Source of the DNA: Chloroflexota bacterium
GTDB lineage: Bacteria > Chloroflexota > Anaerolineae > Caldilineales > Caldilineaceae
Direction: 5' to 3'
DNA length: 25,365 nucleotides
NCBI GenBank assembly: GCA_003577365.1
Contig: QEUY01000001.1
Coordinates: 1-25,365 of the forward strand
A program made the translations under genes and the position numbers. Below, piece after piece: positions 16,225-24,213 of this stretch. The notes under the pieces were generated by a model. The model searched no databases and had not been told where the DNA came from. It saw only the letters and a program-made list of their open reading frames with translations. Every line of letters begins with the position of its first letter. The first letter of the stretch is position 1.

Positions 16225-17320
16225 CCCGCGACTCCCGCTGCGCCCAGCTTCCCCCCAAGCCTCCGCCCCGCTCGACCCGGCCCCGGTCGACCTGTCGATC
16301 CTCATCGTCAGTTGGAATGTCTGGGAGCTGCTGCGCGCCTGTCTACACAGCATCGAACAGGCCAGCAGCCCGCGCCCCGGCCCGCCGGACGTGCGCGTCT
16401 TTGGGCCAGAGGGGCGCGCCACGCTGGAAGTGATCGTCGTGGACAACGCCAGCCACGACGCCACGCCGGACCGGGTGGCGGCGCGCTTCCCCTGGGTGCG
16501 GGTGATCCGCAGCGCCACCAACTTGGGCTTTACCGGCGGCAACAACCTGGGCTATGCCGCCAGCCGAGGCCGCTTTATCTATTTCCTCAACCCCGACACT
16601 GAACTGGTGCAGGACCGGCTCCATGGCGACAGCCTGTGGGAACTGTATCACGCCGTGGCGGACGACGCGACGGTGGGGCTGGCCGGGCCGCAGTTGCGCT
16701 ATGGCGACAACAGCCTGCAGAGCAGCCGCCGCCGCTTTCCCACGCCGTTGACCGGCTTTTTTGAAAGCACCTGGCTGGGCCGCGCCTGGCCCGGCAACCC
16801 CTGGGCGCGGCGGCTGCACATGGCCGGCTGGCCCACGGCCTTTCGCCACGACGTCGATTGGGTGGTGGGCGCGGCCATGCTCGCCCGGCGCAGCGCGCTG
16901 GAGGCCATCCGCCAAGCCGAGTACGCCGGGCCGTTCGACGAACGTTTCTTTATGTACAGCGAAGAGTTGGATCTCTGCCGCCGTCTGAAGGCCGCGGGCT
17001 ACCGCGTGGTCTATGTGCCGGAGGCGTGGGTGGTGCATCACGAAGGGCGCAGCAGCGGGCAGGTGGTCGCCGCCCGCCATCTCCACTTCAACCGCAGCAA
17101 ACTGCTGTACACTGAAAAAGTCTTTGGGCCGCGCTGGGCCACGGCGCTGCGCCGCTATCTGCTGCTGGAATATCGCCTGCAACTGGCGCTGGAGGGGGTC
17201 AAGTGGCTGGCAGGCTACAAACGCAGCCTGCGCGCCCAGCGCATCGACGCCTATCGTCAGGTGATCGCCAGCGGGCTGCGCCATGAGTCTGCCAGGCCGT
17301 CCATTCACGATCCCTTGTAG
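16202..17320 (+). CDS. Glycosyltransferase family 2 (rhamnosyltransferase WbbL-like)
   Basis: [56 protein letters not shown]. Start placed at TTG 16202 (GGAG 10 nt upstream); the start is uncertain. Confidence 0.88.
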   Translation: MSSNAPTDPRLPLRPASPQASAPLDPAPVDLSILIVSWNVWELLRACLHSIEQASSPRPGPPDVRVFGPEGRATLEVIVVDNASHDATPDRVAARFPWVRVIRSATNLGFTGGNNLGYAASRGRFIYFLNPDTELVQDRLHGDSLWELYHAVADDATVGLAGPQLRYGDNSLQSSRRRFPTPLTGFFESTWLGRAWPGNPWARRLHMAGWPTAFRHDVDWVVGAAMLARRSALEAIRQAEYAGPFDERFFMYSEELDLCRRLKAAGYRVVYVPEAWVVHHEGRSSGQVVAARHLHFNRSKLLYTEKVFGPRWATALRRYLLLEYRLQLALEGVKWLAGYKRSLRAQRIDAYRQVIASGLRHESARPSIHDPL

Positions 17321-17343
17321 CGGCGGTACAATACCGCCGCTAC
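17317..17343. repeat. GTAG-type REP palindrome overlapping the GT2 stop codon
   Basis: Perfect 12-bp stem GTAGCGGCGGTA-caa-TACCGCCGCTAC. TAG at 17318-17320 is the stop codon. Confidence 0.8.
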
Positions 17344-17373
17344 GACTTAACCTTGGTCGTCTAAGGAACCCTT

Positions 17374-18051
17374 ATGCCTGCCACCTATCAAGCCGCCGTT
17401 GACCCGGTGGAACTGGCCGCGCTGGAGCGCCGCTGGGGGGCGCTGCCCGTTCGCCAACATCGGCTGGCGGTGGATCACCCCTTCCTCACCGGCGAGCATC
17501 AGATGTTGGTGAGCGATGGCCGCCGCGCCGAGATCTGCTATATCATGCACCGCGGCGACCCCGCCGCAGGGCTGCTGCTCCACATCAAGACCTTCTACCC
17601 GGCGGGCGCATACCGGCTGCCCACCGGCGGCATCCACCTGGGCGAAAGCGTGGAGGAGACGCTGGCGCGCGAGATCTACGAGGAGACAGGGCTGACCGTG
17701 GGCGGTGCGGAAAGCCAGGTGCAGGTGCAGCGCTGTCTGGGCGTGGTGGTCTATGCCTTGGCGCATCGCACGGCGGGGACGACATACCCCTTCGCTACCT
17801 ATCACTTTCTGGTGCAGATGCCCATCAACGGCGCGCCGGCCCCACTGGACCCCGGCGAGCAGATCGGCGGCTGGCAGTGGCGGCGGCTGGCCGAATTGGG
17901 CGATGTGGCGGCACGGCTGGAGACCGTCGGCCAAAGCCGGCGTGGGTGGGGCGATTGGGGGCAGTTCCGGGCGTTGAGCCACCGCTTTGTGGCCGCGCAG
18001 CTTGGGGCAGGCGCAGAGGCCAAGACGGGCCGGTTGGGGGCTACTGGTTGA
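17374..18051 (+). CDS. Nudix hydrolase
   Basis: Nudix box GGIHLGESVEETLAREIYEETGL. AAGGA SD. Confidence 0.9.
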   Translation: MPATYQAAVDPVELAALERRWGALPVRQHRLAVDHPFLTGEHQMLVSDGRRAEICYIMHRGDPAAGLLLHIKTFYPAGAYRLPTGGIHLGESVEETLAREIYEETGLTVGGAESQVQVQRCLGVVVYALAHRTAGTTYPFATYHFLVQMPINGAPAPLDPGEQIGGWQWRRLAELGDVAARLETVGQSRRGWGDWGQFRALSHRFVAAQLGAGAEAKTGRLGATG

Positions 18052-18769
18052 CTTCGACAGGGCCGCTGCCGGACTCCACCGGCGTCTCGCCGCCAGCAGA
18101 GGGCTGGGCGGGCGCAGGGTGGGCGCGCTTGACCGCATTGCGTGTGAAGAACAGCTCACACAACTCCACAATATCCTCCGGGCCGGCAAGCCAGCGCCAG
18201 TCGAGCACGGTGCTCATCTCGGTGTCGATGACGCCGGGCGTGGTGCGTACCCAGCTCATGACATAGCCGGTCAGCGCCGCGATGTTCTTGCCCAACAACA
18301 TCATATTCAGGTCGGAATCGTCGCGGTGATAGCAGTTGAGCAGCCAGACGCGGCGCACGTCGGGGTGGGGGGGCAGGTCGAGCAGCGCCTGGAAACAGCG
18401 CCGGTCCATCCCCGGCTGGATGTCGATCCACAGGCTGGCGGCGACCGTATGGCTGCTGGGGTTGACCTCCATCTCCAGTTCCAACAGCGCGTCGATATCG
18501 GCGCGCCCGCCAAAGCTGAGGGTCGTGCGCGTCTCGCGCACGCCGGTCACGCCGCGCACCACATCCAGCATAAAATCGTTGAACTCGGAGAGGTCGCGCA
18601 CCATGCAGACAAAGCGCAGGTCGGCGCGTTCACGCAGCCAGTTGACAAAAAGCGGGGCGACGCCGTTGGAGCGAAAGCGGCCTACATTGGCCAACAACGC
18701 CTCGCGTGCCAGTTCATCTTTGCCGCTGGCAAGGTCACAATCGATAAAGGCGAGGATGGGCTGCTGCAT
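18041..18769 (-). CDS. Protein with two tandem Lrp/AsnC ligand-binding-like (RAM, ferredoxin-like) domains and no HTH
   Basis: Two repeats ending DLRFVCMVRDLSEFNDFMLDVVRGVTGVRETRTTL and DLNMMLLGKNIAALTGYVMSWVRTTPGVIDTEMST, resembling the Lrp pattern D...v...d...l..f....l....GV..t.T. Alternative ATG at 18781. Confidence 0.7.
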   Translation of the reverse strand: MQQPILAFIDCDLASGKDELAREALLANVGRFRSNGVAPLFVNWLRERADLRFVCMVRDLSEFNDFMLDVVRGVTGVRETRTTLSFGGRADIDALLELEMEVNPSSHTVAASLWIDIQPGMDRRCFQALLDLPPHPDVRRVWLLNCYHRDDSDLNMMLLGKNIAALTGYVMSWVRTTPGVIDTEMSTVLDWRWLAGPEDIVELCELFFTRNAVKRAHPAPAQPSAGGETPVESGSGPVEVNQ

Positions 18770-18841
18770 GATGAATTCCATATAGCTGTTCAACAAGGGG
18801 CATCGGCGACAGGGTGCGGAGCGTTCAGGCGCTGCGCCCCT

Positions 18842-18869
18842 ATTGTACCGTCTTTAGCGCCAAACGCAA
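18842..18869 (-). promoter_or_regulatory. Possible sigma70 promoter for the tandem-Lrp-domain gene
   Basis: TTGCGT-16 nt-TACAAT on the minus strand. Confidence 0.45.
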
Positions 18870-18906
18870 CTTGGCCGCGCGGCCTCCCGCGCGGCCAAGT
18901 TGCGTT
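18863..18906. repeat. Perfect 20-bp inverted repeat
   Basis: AACGCAACTTGGCCGCGCGG-cctc-CCGCGCGGCCAAGTTGCGTT. Confidence 0.9.
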
Positions 18907-18914
18907 ATGCTGTG

Positions 18915-18947
18915 ACCCTCGCGGAAGATCAGAGCTTCCGCGAGGGT
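18915..18947. repeat. Perfect 13-bp inverted repeat
   Basis: ACCCTCGCGGAAG-atcagag-CTTCCGCGAGGGT. Confidence 0.9.
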
Positions 18948-18971
18948 ATCTACAACGCTATCTAGCGCCTC

Positions 18972-21089
18972 TTACGGGCGGCCAAAGAGATGCACGGCAT
19001 CGATCTCGTTGTAGCCGGGCACGGCGTCGGTATCCAGCACCAATCGGATGCGGTCGGTCTTGATGTCCAACGGCTCCAGTTCAAACAGGTTGATGCGGTA
19101 CGCTTCCTCGGCAGCGGCGGCCTCGCCTTGCCAGGCCGCGACCCAGGCGTCGCTGGCGGCGTCGTACAGTTCGACGGCAACCACGGCGCCGGGGTTGTAG
19201 CTCTCATAGACCTCAACGGCGTAGGGCGTGACAGGGTGCTCGTAGGTCAGTTCCAGCGTCTGCTCGCCGGCTTCGGGTTCACTGGCGGCCCAGGCGGTGG
19301 GGAAGTCGCCTGCCGCAAAGGTATCCTGCGGGCCGGTGGCCTGCGCCGCCGAGAAGGAGTCGTCGCCATATTGGGTGCTGGCCGTCGCCTCCACGGCCCA
19401 CTGGCCGCCGAGCAGGCTGGGGTCCGTCAACTGTGTGCGCAGGAAGTAGCTGGTGCTCTCCTCGGAGAAGTAGGAGGTGACCGAGACCTCATAGATGCCC
19501 GGCTCGGTGAGCAGTTGGGTCGCCACTTCCACCGAGCCGCCGGTCGTGCCCGACGCATAGGCCACCTGGTCGCCCTTGGCGTTATAGGCGGCGATCTGTA
19601 TGTCAAGGTCGACGTCGGGGTTGCCCACCAGGGCCAGCATCAGCAGTTGGCCGGGCTGGGTGACTTCCATGCGGTAGACATTGCGCCCGCTGGCCGCGAT
19701 CGTGTCCCAGAGAATGGTGTTGTTTTCCAGCGCAGGCGCCAGATCGCCCTCGGTCGCGGTCAGGGCATAGTTGCCTGTGCCGCCGTTGCTCTCGACCGTG
19801 ACGTAGTAGGTTCCGGCCACCGGGGCGACGAAGCGCAGCGATTCATTCGACCCCCACATGTAGGTGTACCAGATCTCCTCGCCCGGACGCAGCCCGGCGC
19901 TGACGCCGAAGTCGGTCTCTTGGCTGGTGGATTCGAGCAACACCTCCACCATGGCCCCAGCCTGGGCGACGTCAAAGGTGTAGGTCGCCGCGGCCTGCCC
20001 TTCCTCAAAGCTGGCTTCGGCGGCCACGCCGCTCTCCAACGCGACCAACGGCTGGCCGGCTGCCCCCTGCACGCTGAGGGTGAAGGGGAGATCCTCCGCC
20101 GCGGCTTCCGGCGCGCTCACAAAGACATAGTAGACGCCGGGGAAGAGATTCGGGATCTCGACCGACGGCTCGCCGTAGCTGTCGTAATCGACTTCCGCAT
20201 CGTAGTAGCGGTCGACCAGACGCACGCCCAGGCTTTCGTCGCTCTGCACCTCCACCACCAGATTGTCATAGGCGGTGTCGAGTTGGAGTTCAAAGACGGT
20301 CTGGGTGGCATCGGCGGGGATGACGGCATCCACCGGCGTGTCGACCGCGATCGGGGTGGGCCGCCCGCTGAGGAAGGCGATCACGGTCAGGGACGAGCGC
20401 CGCGCCATCGGCTCAGCGGTGATCAGATAGTCGCCGCCGTGCGACCAGAAGCTCAACAAATTGCCGTCGTCGGTGCTGAGGCTGACATAGCCGATGTCGT
20501 CCCCTTCGGCGCTGACAAAGAACGAGTCTTCCTCGCCCGGCTCCACATAGAGCAAGACCTGTTGGGGATAGGAGGTCGGCGGCACTGAGAGCAGCCCGTA
20601 GCGTGTCTCGCTGATGCGCTCTTCCGTGTAGACGCTGCCGGTGTTGAGCTTGCCCGGCTGTTCGGCATCGGCGGTCATGCCGCCGATCTGCCCCAGGACG
20701 ACAAACCACAGCTCGCCGTCCTCCACGGCGCTGAACTCCAGCGTCAAGACGCCCGGCTCCAGGTTCAACTCGACATTTTCAAAAATGTCGTCATACAGCA
20801 CATTGCCCCCGGCGTCGGTCACGACCACATCAAAGGCGTTGGCCGACGCTTCTTCGTCCACTGCGGTCACCAGATAAGCGCCGCTTTCGGGAATGGTCAC
20901 CTCATAGACGCGCGACTCTCCGCTGAGCATGGGTTGGTAGGCGTATTGGCCCAGGAGCAGCGACTCGGCCGCGCCGGCCTGCCCCAAAGGAGCTGCCAGC
21001 GCGTTCCCAAGCGGGAAGATCAAGAGCGCCACCAGCGCCAGCCCCCACCAGCGGGCTAGGCGGCGCGGGAAAGTACCGGGTCGAGACAT
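18972..21089 (-). CDS. Secreted acidic protein with repeated PPC-like beta-sandwich domains and a C-terminal discoidin/F5-8-like domain
   Basis: Sec signal (RRLARWWGLALVALL..LAA). Repeated units such as FVAPVAGTYYVTVES and LLTEPGIYEVSVTS. C-terminal QWAVEATASTQY..SAAQATG....TAWA...EQTLELTY...VEVYESYNPGAV. GAGGAG SD. Confidence 0.75.
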   Translation of the reverse strand: MSRPGTFPRRLARWWGLALVALLIFPLGNALAAPLGQAGAAESLLLGQYAYQPMLSGESRVYEVTIPESGAYLVTAVDEEASANAFDVVVTDAGGNVLYDDIFENVELNLEPGVLTLEFSAVEDGELWFVVLGQIGGMTADAEQPGKLNTGSVYTEERISETRYGLLSVPPTSYPQQVLLYVEPGEEDSFFVSAEGDDIGYVSLSTDDGNLLSFWSHGGDYLITAEPMARRSSLTVIAFLSGRPTPIAVDTPVDAVIPADATQTVFELQLDTAYDNLVVEVQSDESLGVRLVDRYYDAEVDYDSYGEPSVEIPNLFPGVYYVFVSAPEAAAEDLPFTLSVQGAAGQPLVALESGVAAEASFEEGQAAATYTFDVAQAGAMVEVLLESTSQETDFGVSAGLRPGEEIWYTYMWGSNESLRFVAPVAGTYYVTVESNGGTGNYALTATEGDLAPALENNTILWDTIAASGRNVYRMEVTQPGQLLMLALVGNPDVDLDIQIAAYNAKGDQVAYASGTTGGSVEVATQLLTEPGIYEVSVTSYFSEESTSYFLRTQLTDPSLLGGQWAVEATASTQYGDDSFSAAQATGPQDTFAAGDFPTAWAASEPEAGEQTLELTYEHPVTPYAVEVYESYNPGAVVAVELYDAASDAWVAAWQGEAAAAEEAYRINLFELEPLDIKTDRIRLVLDTDAVPGYNEIDAVHLFGRP

Positions 21090-21326
21090 CTGTATTTCTC
21101 CTCTGTAGACGGTCTGTAAACGGTTGGTAACGGTTGGAAAGGATTAAATGGACCTGCTGCGAAAAGTGAGCGGTTCAAGCAGGGGGCCATCAGCCGAACC
21201 GGCCACCGCCGGCCCGTGCTGTGTACCCCCACAGTATACACGCTTTGCCGCGCGGGCGCACCTGGCGGACTGACGCATGGCTGACGGACAAATGACTGAG
21301 GAACAGAAAATGGCGGGGAGATAGAA

Positions 21327-21367
21327 TTGACACACAATTGCAAAGGATACACAATTGGAGTTTGTGT
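21327..21367 (+). promoter_or_regulatory. Promoter/operator-like array upstream of the RPH-like gene
   Basis: TTGACA-17-CACAAT. ACACAATTG at 21332-21340 and 21349-21357; inverted TTGTGT at 21362-21367. Confidence 0.45.
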
Positions 21368-21443
21368 GGCATGCCATCCTGCCATCCGAGCAGGTGTCGG
21401 CTGTGGCTGAGGACCGCAAACTGCCGGCGTTCGACCCGGCGCG

Positions 21444-23087
21444 GTGGACGAAGAGGGATTGATTTTGTTCGACTATACGCTGCCGGGTACGCTGCCCGGC
21501 AACTCCGAATCGGTGTGGAGCAACCGCGCCATCCAGCCGGTCGCCGCCGGGCCGTTGACCCCGTTTAGCTTTACCGTCTTGGAAGAGATCATCCGCCGGG
21601 CTTGGGATACCTATTACGACCGGCTGGGCTTTGCGCCCCCGGCGCGGGCCAACGTGCTGCGTGCCTATCAGGGGCGCGCCTACCTCAACCTGTCGATCAC
21701 CGCCAAGCTGGAGGCGCAGCAGGCCGGAGTCGCCCCGATCATCCTGCGCGTCAACGGCACGCCCTGGCCGTTGGCCCCCTGGGAAAAGCCGGGGCTACTG
21801 GGCGGCTTTAAGTTCGCTCGCGCCCAAAAGAAGATCGACGAGCAGCTTGCCCAGCTAGCCAGCCAGATCGAGGCGACCACCCAGCAGGCGCAGATCTGGC
21901 ATATCAAAACACGCGAGGCGCACTGGAACCAGGCGGAAATTCTTCAGGTGATGGAGGAGATCGAGCGCGCCGGGCGCGACAGCATGATGGCCTTTTGGGC
22001 CGCACGCCACCAACTGACCAACCTCTATGCGCGGCTGCTGGCCGCCGGCGCCGAGGGGCATGACCCGCAGCAGACCTTGCTGCTGCTCAACAGCGCGCTG
22101 GCCGACCTGACCGGGCTGGTCGAATCGGAGATGGCAGCGGCGATCATCGACATCGCCGAGCAGGTGCAGAACCCCGACGCCGCCATCGCCTGGCTCAAGG
22201 CAGGCGACTATCAGAACTGGCGCACGGAATTCCCCAGCCGGCCTGCCGCCGAGGCCCTGGCGGATTTCTTCCTGCGCTTTGGCCACCGCGCCATGGGCGA
22301 GGGCGAACTCGCTAACCCGCGCTGGAACGAAGACCCGACCATGGTCATGCGCAGCCTGCTGGCCTGTATCGAATATCATCCCCGCCGGCCCGCGAAGATG
22401 CCCGCGGTGAACTATGCCCAAAAGGCCCTGGAAACGCTGCAGCCCGCAGCGCGCAAGGAGGGCCGGCAGATGCTGGAACGGCTGCACGAGATGCACACGC
22501 TGCAAAGCCGCGCCCTGCACGCGCTGGCCTTTATCTTGGCGGGGACGCGGCGCTGGGCCTTGGCCGCAGCGCAAGAAGCGATGAGCGACGGGCGGCTGCG
22601 CAGCCCCGACGAAATCTTCTTCTTCGAATTGGAAGAGATCAAGCTGATGATGACCGGCGAGTGGAACATCAGCGCGCAGGAAGAGATCCGCGCCACGCTG
22701 GCCCAACGCCAGGCGCAGCACGCCGCCCACCAGACCGGCTATCCATCTGATATGCTGATCGGCGAGCAGGAAGCGCAGCCTGTGCGCCAAGGGCTGCCCG
22801 GCGTGGCCGGCCATGCCGGCGGCCCCCTGCGCCGCTGGACGGCGACACGCAAGAACGGCTGCCATCACACGATCATGGGCGCAGAGATGCTCGACAGCGG
22901 CTGGGCATTGGGGCTGCCTCTGGCCGATGGCTTTGTGGCCGCGCTGGGTTCACCGCTCGACCCCTTGGTGGCGGCGGCGCGCGCCTGGCATCATCCGGTC
23001 GTGGTGGGGCTGGGCGATGCCTACCGCAGCATGATCGACGGCGCACAGACCACGCTCGACGGCGACAGCGCCACCGCCAGCCAGTAA
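21444..23087 (+). CDS. PEP-utilising enzyme family protein (RPH/PigC/PpsA-like substrate domain plus degenerate swivel domain), lacking ATP-grasp and phospho-His
   Basis: WSN...GPLTPFSF, GRAYLNLS, FGHRAMGEGELANPRWNEDP, DEIFFFELEEI. The swivel motif reads GSPLDPLVAAARAW instead of GGxLSHAAIVAREY. GTG start uncertain. Confidence 0.75.
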   Translation: MDEEGLILFDYTLPGTLPGNSESVWSNRAIQPVAAGPLTPFSFTVLEEIIRRAWDTYYDRLGFAPPARANVLRAYQGRAYLNLSITAKLEAQQAGVAPIILRVNGTPWPLAPWEKPGLLGGFKFARAQKKIDEQLAQLASQIEATTQQAQIWHIKTREAHWNQAEILQVMEEIERAGRDSMMAFWAARHQLTNLYARLLAAGAEGHDPQQTLLLLNSALADLTGLVESEMAAAIIDIAEQVQNPDAAIAWLKAGDYQNWRTEFPSRPAAEALADFFLRFGHRAMGEGELANPRWNEDPTMVMRSLLACIEYHPRRPAKMPAVNYAQKALETLQPAARKEGRQMLERLHEMHTLQSRALHALAFILAGTRRWALAAAQEAMSDGRLRSPDEIFFFELEEIKLMMTGEWNISAQEEIRATLAQRQAQHAAHQTGYPSDMLIGEQEAQPVRQGLPGVAGHAGGPLRRWTATRKNGCHHTIMGAEMLDSGWALGLPLADGFVAALGSPLDPLVAAARAWHHPVVVGLGDAYRSMIDGAQTTLDGDSATASQ

Positions 23088-23136
23088 AGCCCGGCCAGTC
23101 AGGAGCGGCGGATGACCATCAGTCCAGCGCCGGGGA

Positions 23137-23165
23137 TTGGGCATTTGGCCCGTCCGCCCTATAAT
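23137..23165 (+). promoter_or_regulatory. Promoter for a probable leaderless transcript
   Basis: TTGGGC-17-TATAAT, ending 6 nt before ATG 23172. Confidence 0.55.
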
Positions 23166-23171
23166 GACACC

Positions 23172-24203
23172 ATGAGCACCCAGACCCGCCTATCCGCACC
23201 GGCCCGCGATGCCCTCTTGGCGCCGCAAGCGCGCCCGCCCAAGCTCTCGGTCGTGATCCCGCTCTACAACGAGGAAGAGAGCATTCCCGACCTGCGCGCC
23301 GGGCTGCTCAGTGCGCTGGAGAGCTTCGACATCCCCTTCGAGGTCATCATCGTGGACGACGGTTCGCGCGACGGCAGCTTTGCGCTGCTGCGCGCCTGGG
23401 CGCAGGCAGACCCGCGGCTGACGGTGATCCGGCTGCGCCGCAATTTCGGACAGACCGCCGCCTTCTCGGCAGGCTTCGACCAGGCACGCGGCGAGGTCGT
23501 GGTCACCATGGATGCCGACCTGCAAAACGACCCGCGCGATATCCCGCTGCTCTTGGCCAAGATCGACGAAGGCTATGACATTGTCTCCGGCTGGCGCAAG
23601 GACCGGCAGGACCGTTTCTGGGACCGGCGGCTGCCCTCGATGATCGCCAACCGGCTGATCTCCAACGTGACCGAGGTGCGGCTGCACGATTACGGCTGTT
23701 CGCTCAAGGCCTATCGCCGCGACCTGCTCCAGCATGTGCGGCTCTATGGCGAACTGCACCGCTTTATCCCGGCGCTGGCCAGCCAGGTGGGCGGCACGGT
23801 GGCCGAAGTGCCGGTCAACCACCACGCGCGCCAGTTTGGCAAATCCAAATATGGCATCAGCCGCGCCATCCGCGTGGCGCTGGATCTGATCACGGTCTGG
23901 TTTCTGGGCGGCTATGCGACACGGCCGATCCACGTCTTTGGCACCATCGGCCTGGCCTCGGCGTCGGCTGGCCTGCTGGCGGGCATCTACTTAACCTTCC
24001 TCAAATTCGCGCTCGGCCAAAACATCGGCGGGCGCCCGCTGCTGCTGCTGGCGGTGCTGCTGGTGGTCATCGGCGTGCAGTTGATCACGATGGGGCTGCT
24101 GGGCGAGATGATCATCCGCACCTATCACGAAAGCCAGCAAAAGCCGATCTACTTTGTGCGCGAGATCGTCTCCGCCGCCCCGGAAGCCCACGCATCCACC
24201 TAA
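23172..24203 (+). CDS. GT2 polyprenol-phosphate glycosyltransferase (DPM1/ArnC/GtrB-like) with two C-terminal TM helices
   Basis: LSVVIPLYNEEE, VDDGSRDGS, RNFGQTAA, MDADLQNDP, DIVSGWR, DYGCSLKAY, HRFIP. An in-frame upstream ATG at 23112 has an AGGAG SD. Confidence 0.92.
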   Translation: MSTQTRLSAPARDALLAPQARPPKLSVVIPLYNEEESIPDLRAGLLSALESFDIPFEVIIVDDGSRDGSFALLRAWAQADPRLTVIRLRRNFGQTAAFSAGFDQARGEVVVTMDADLQNDPRDIPLLLAKIDEGYDIVSGWRKDRQDRFWDRRLPSMIANRLISNVTEVRLHDYGCSLKAYRRDLLQHVRLYGELHRFIPALASQVGGTVAEVPVNHHARQFGKSKYGISRAIRVALDLITVWFLGGYATRPIHVFGTIGLASASAGLLAGIYLTFLKFALGQNIGGRPLLLLAVLLVVIGVQLITMGLLGEMIIRTYHESQQKPIYFVREIVSAAPEAHAST

Positions 24204-24213
24204 AGCCTCCCCG

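Noticed and set aside
17304-17332. TTCACG-17-TACAAT promoter for the Nudix gene
   Set aside because: The -10 lies inside a GTAG palindrome, so the match may be a by-product of the repeat. Not listed as a feature.
3155-20588. Long antisense ORFs (3155-4921 +, 12307-13971 -, 15037-16545 -, 18990-20588 + and similar)
   Set aside because: They are shadow frames of well-supported genes, expected in GC-rich DNA, and have no family motifs.
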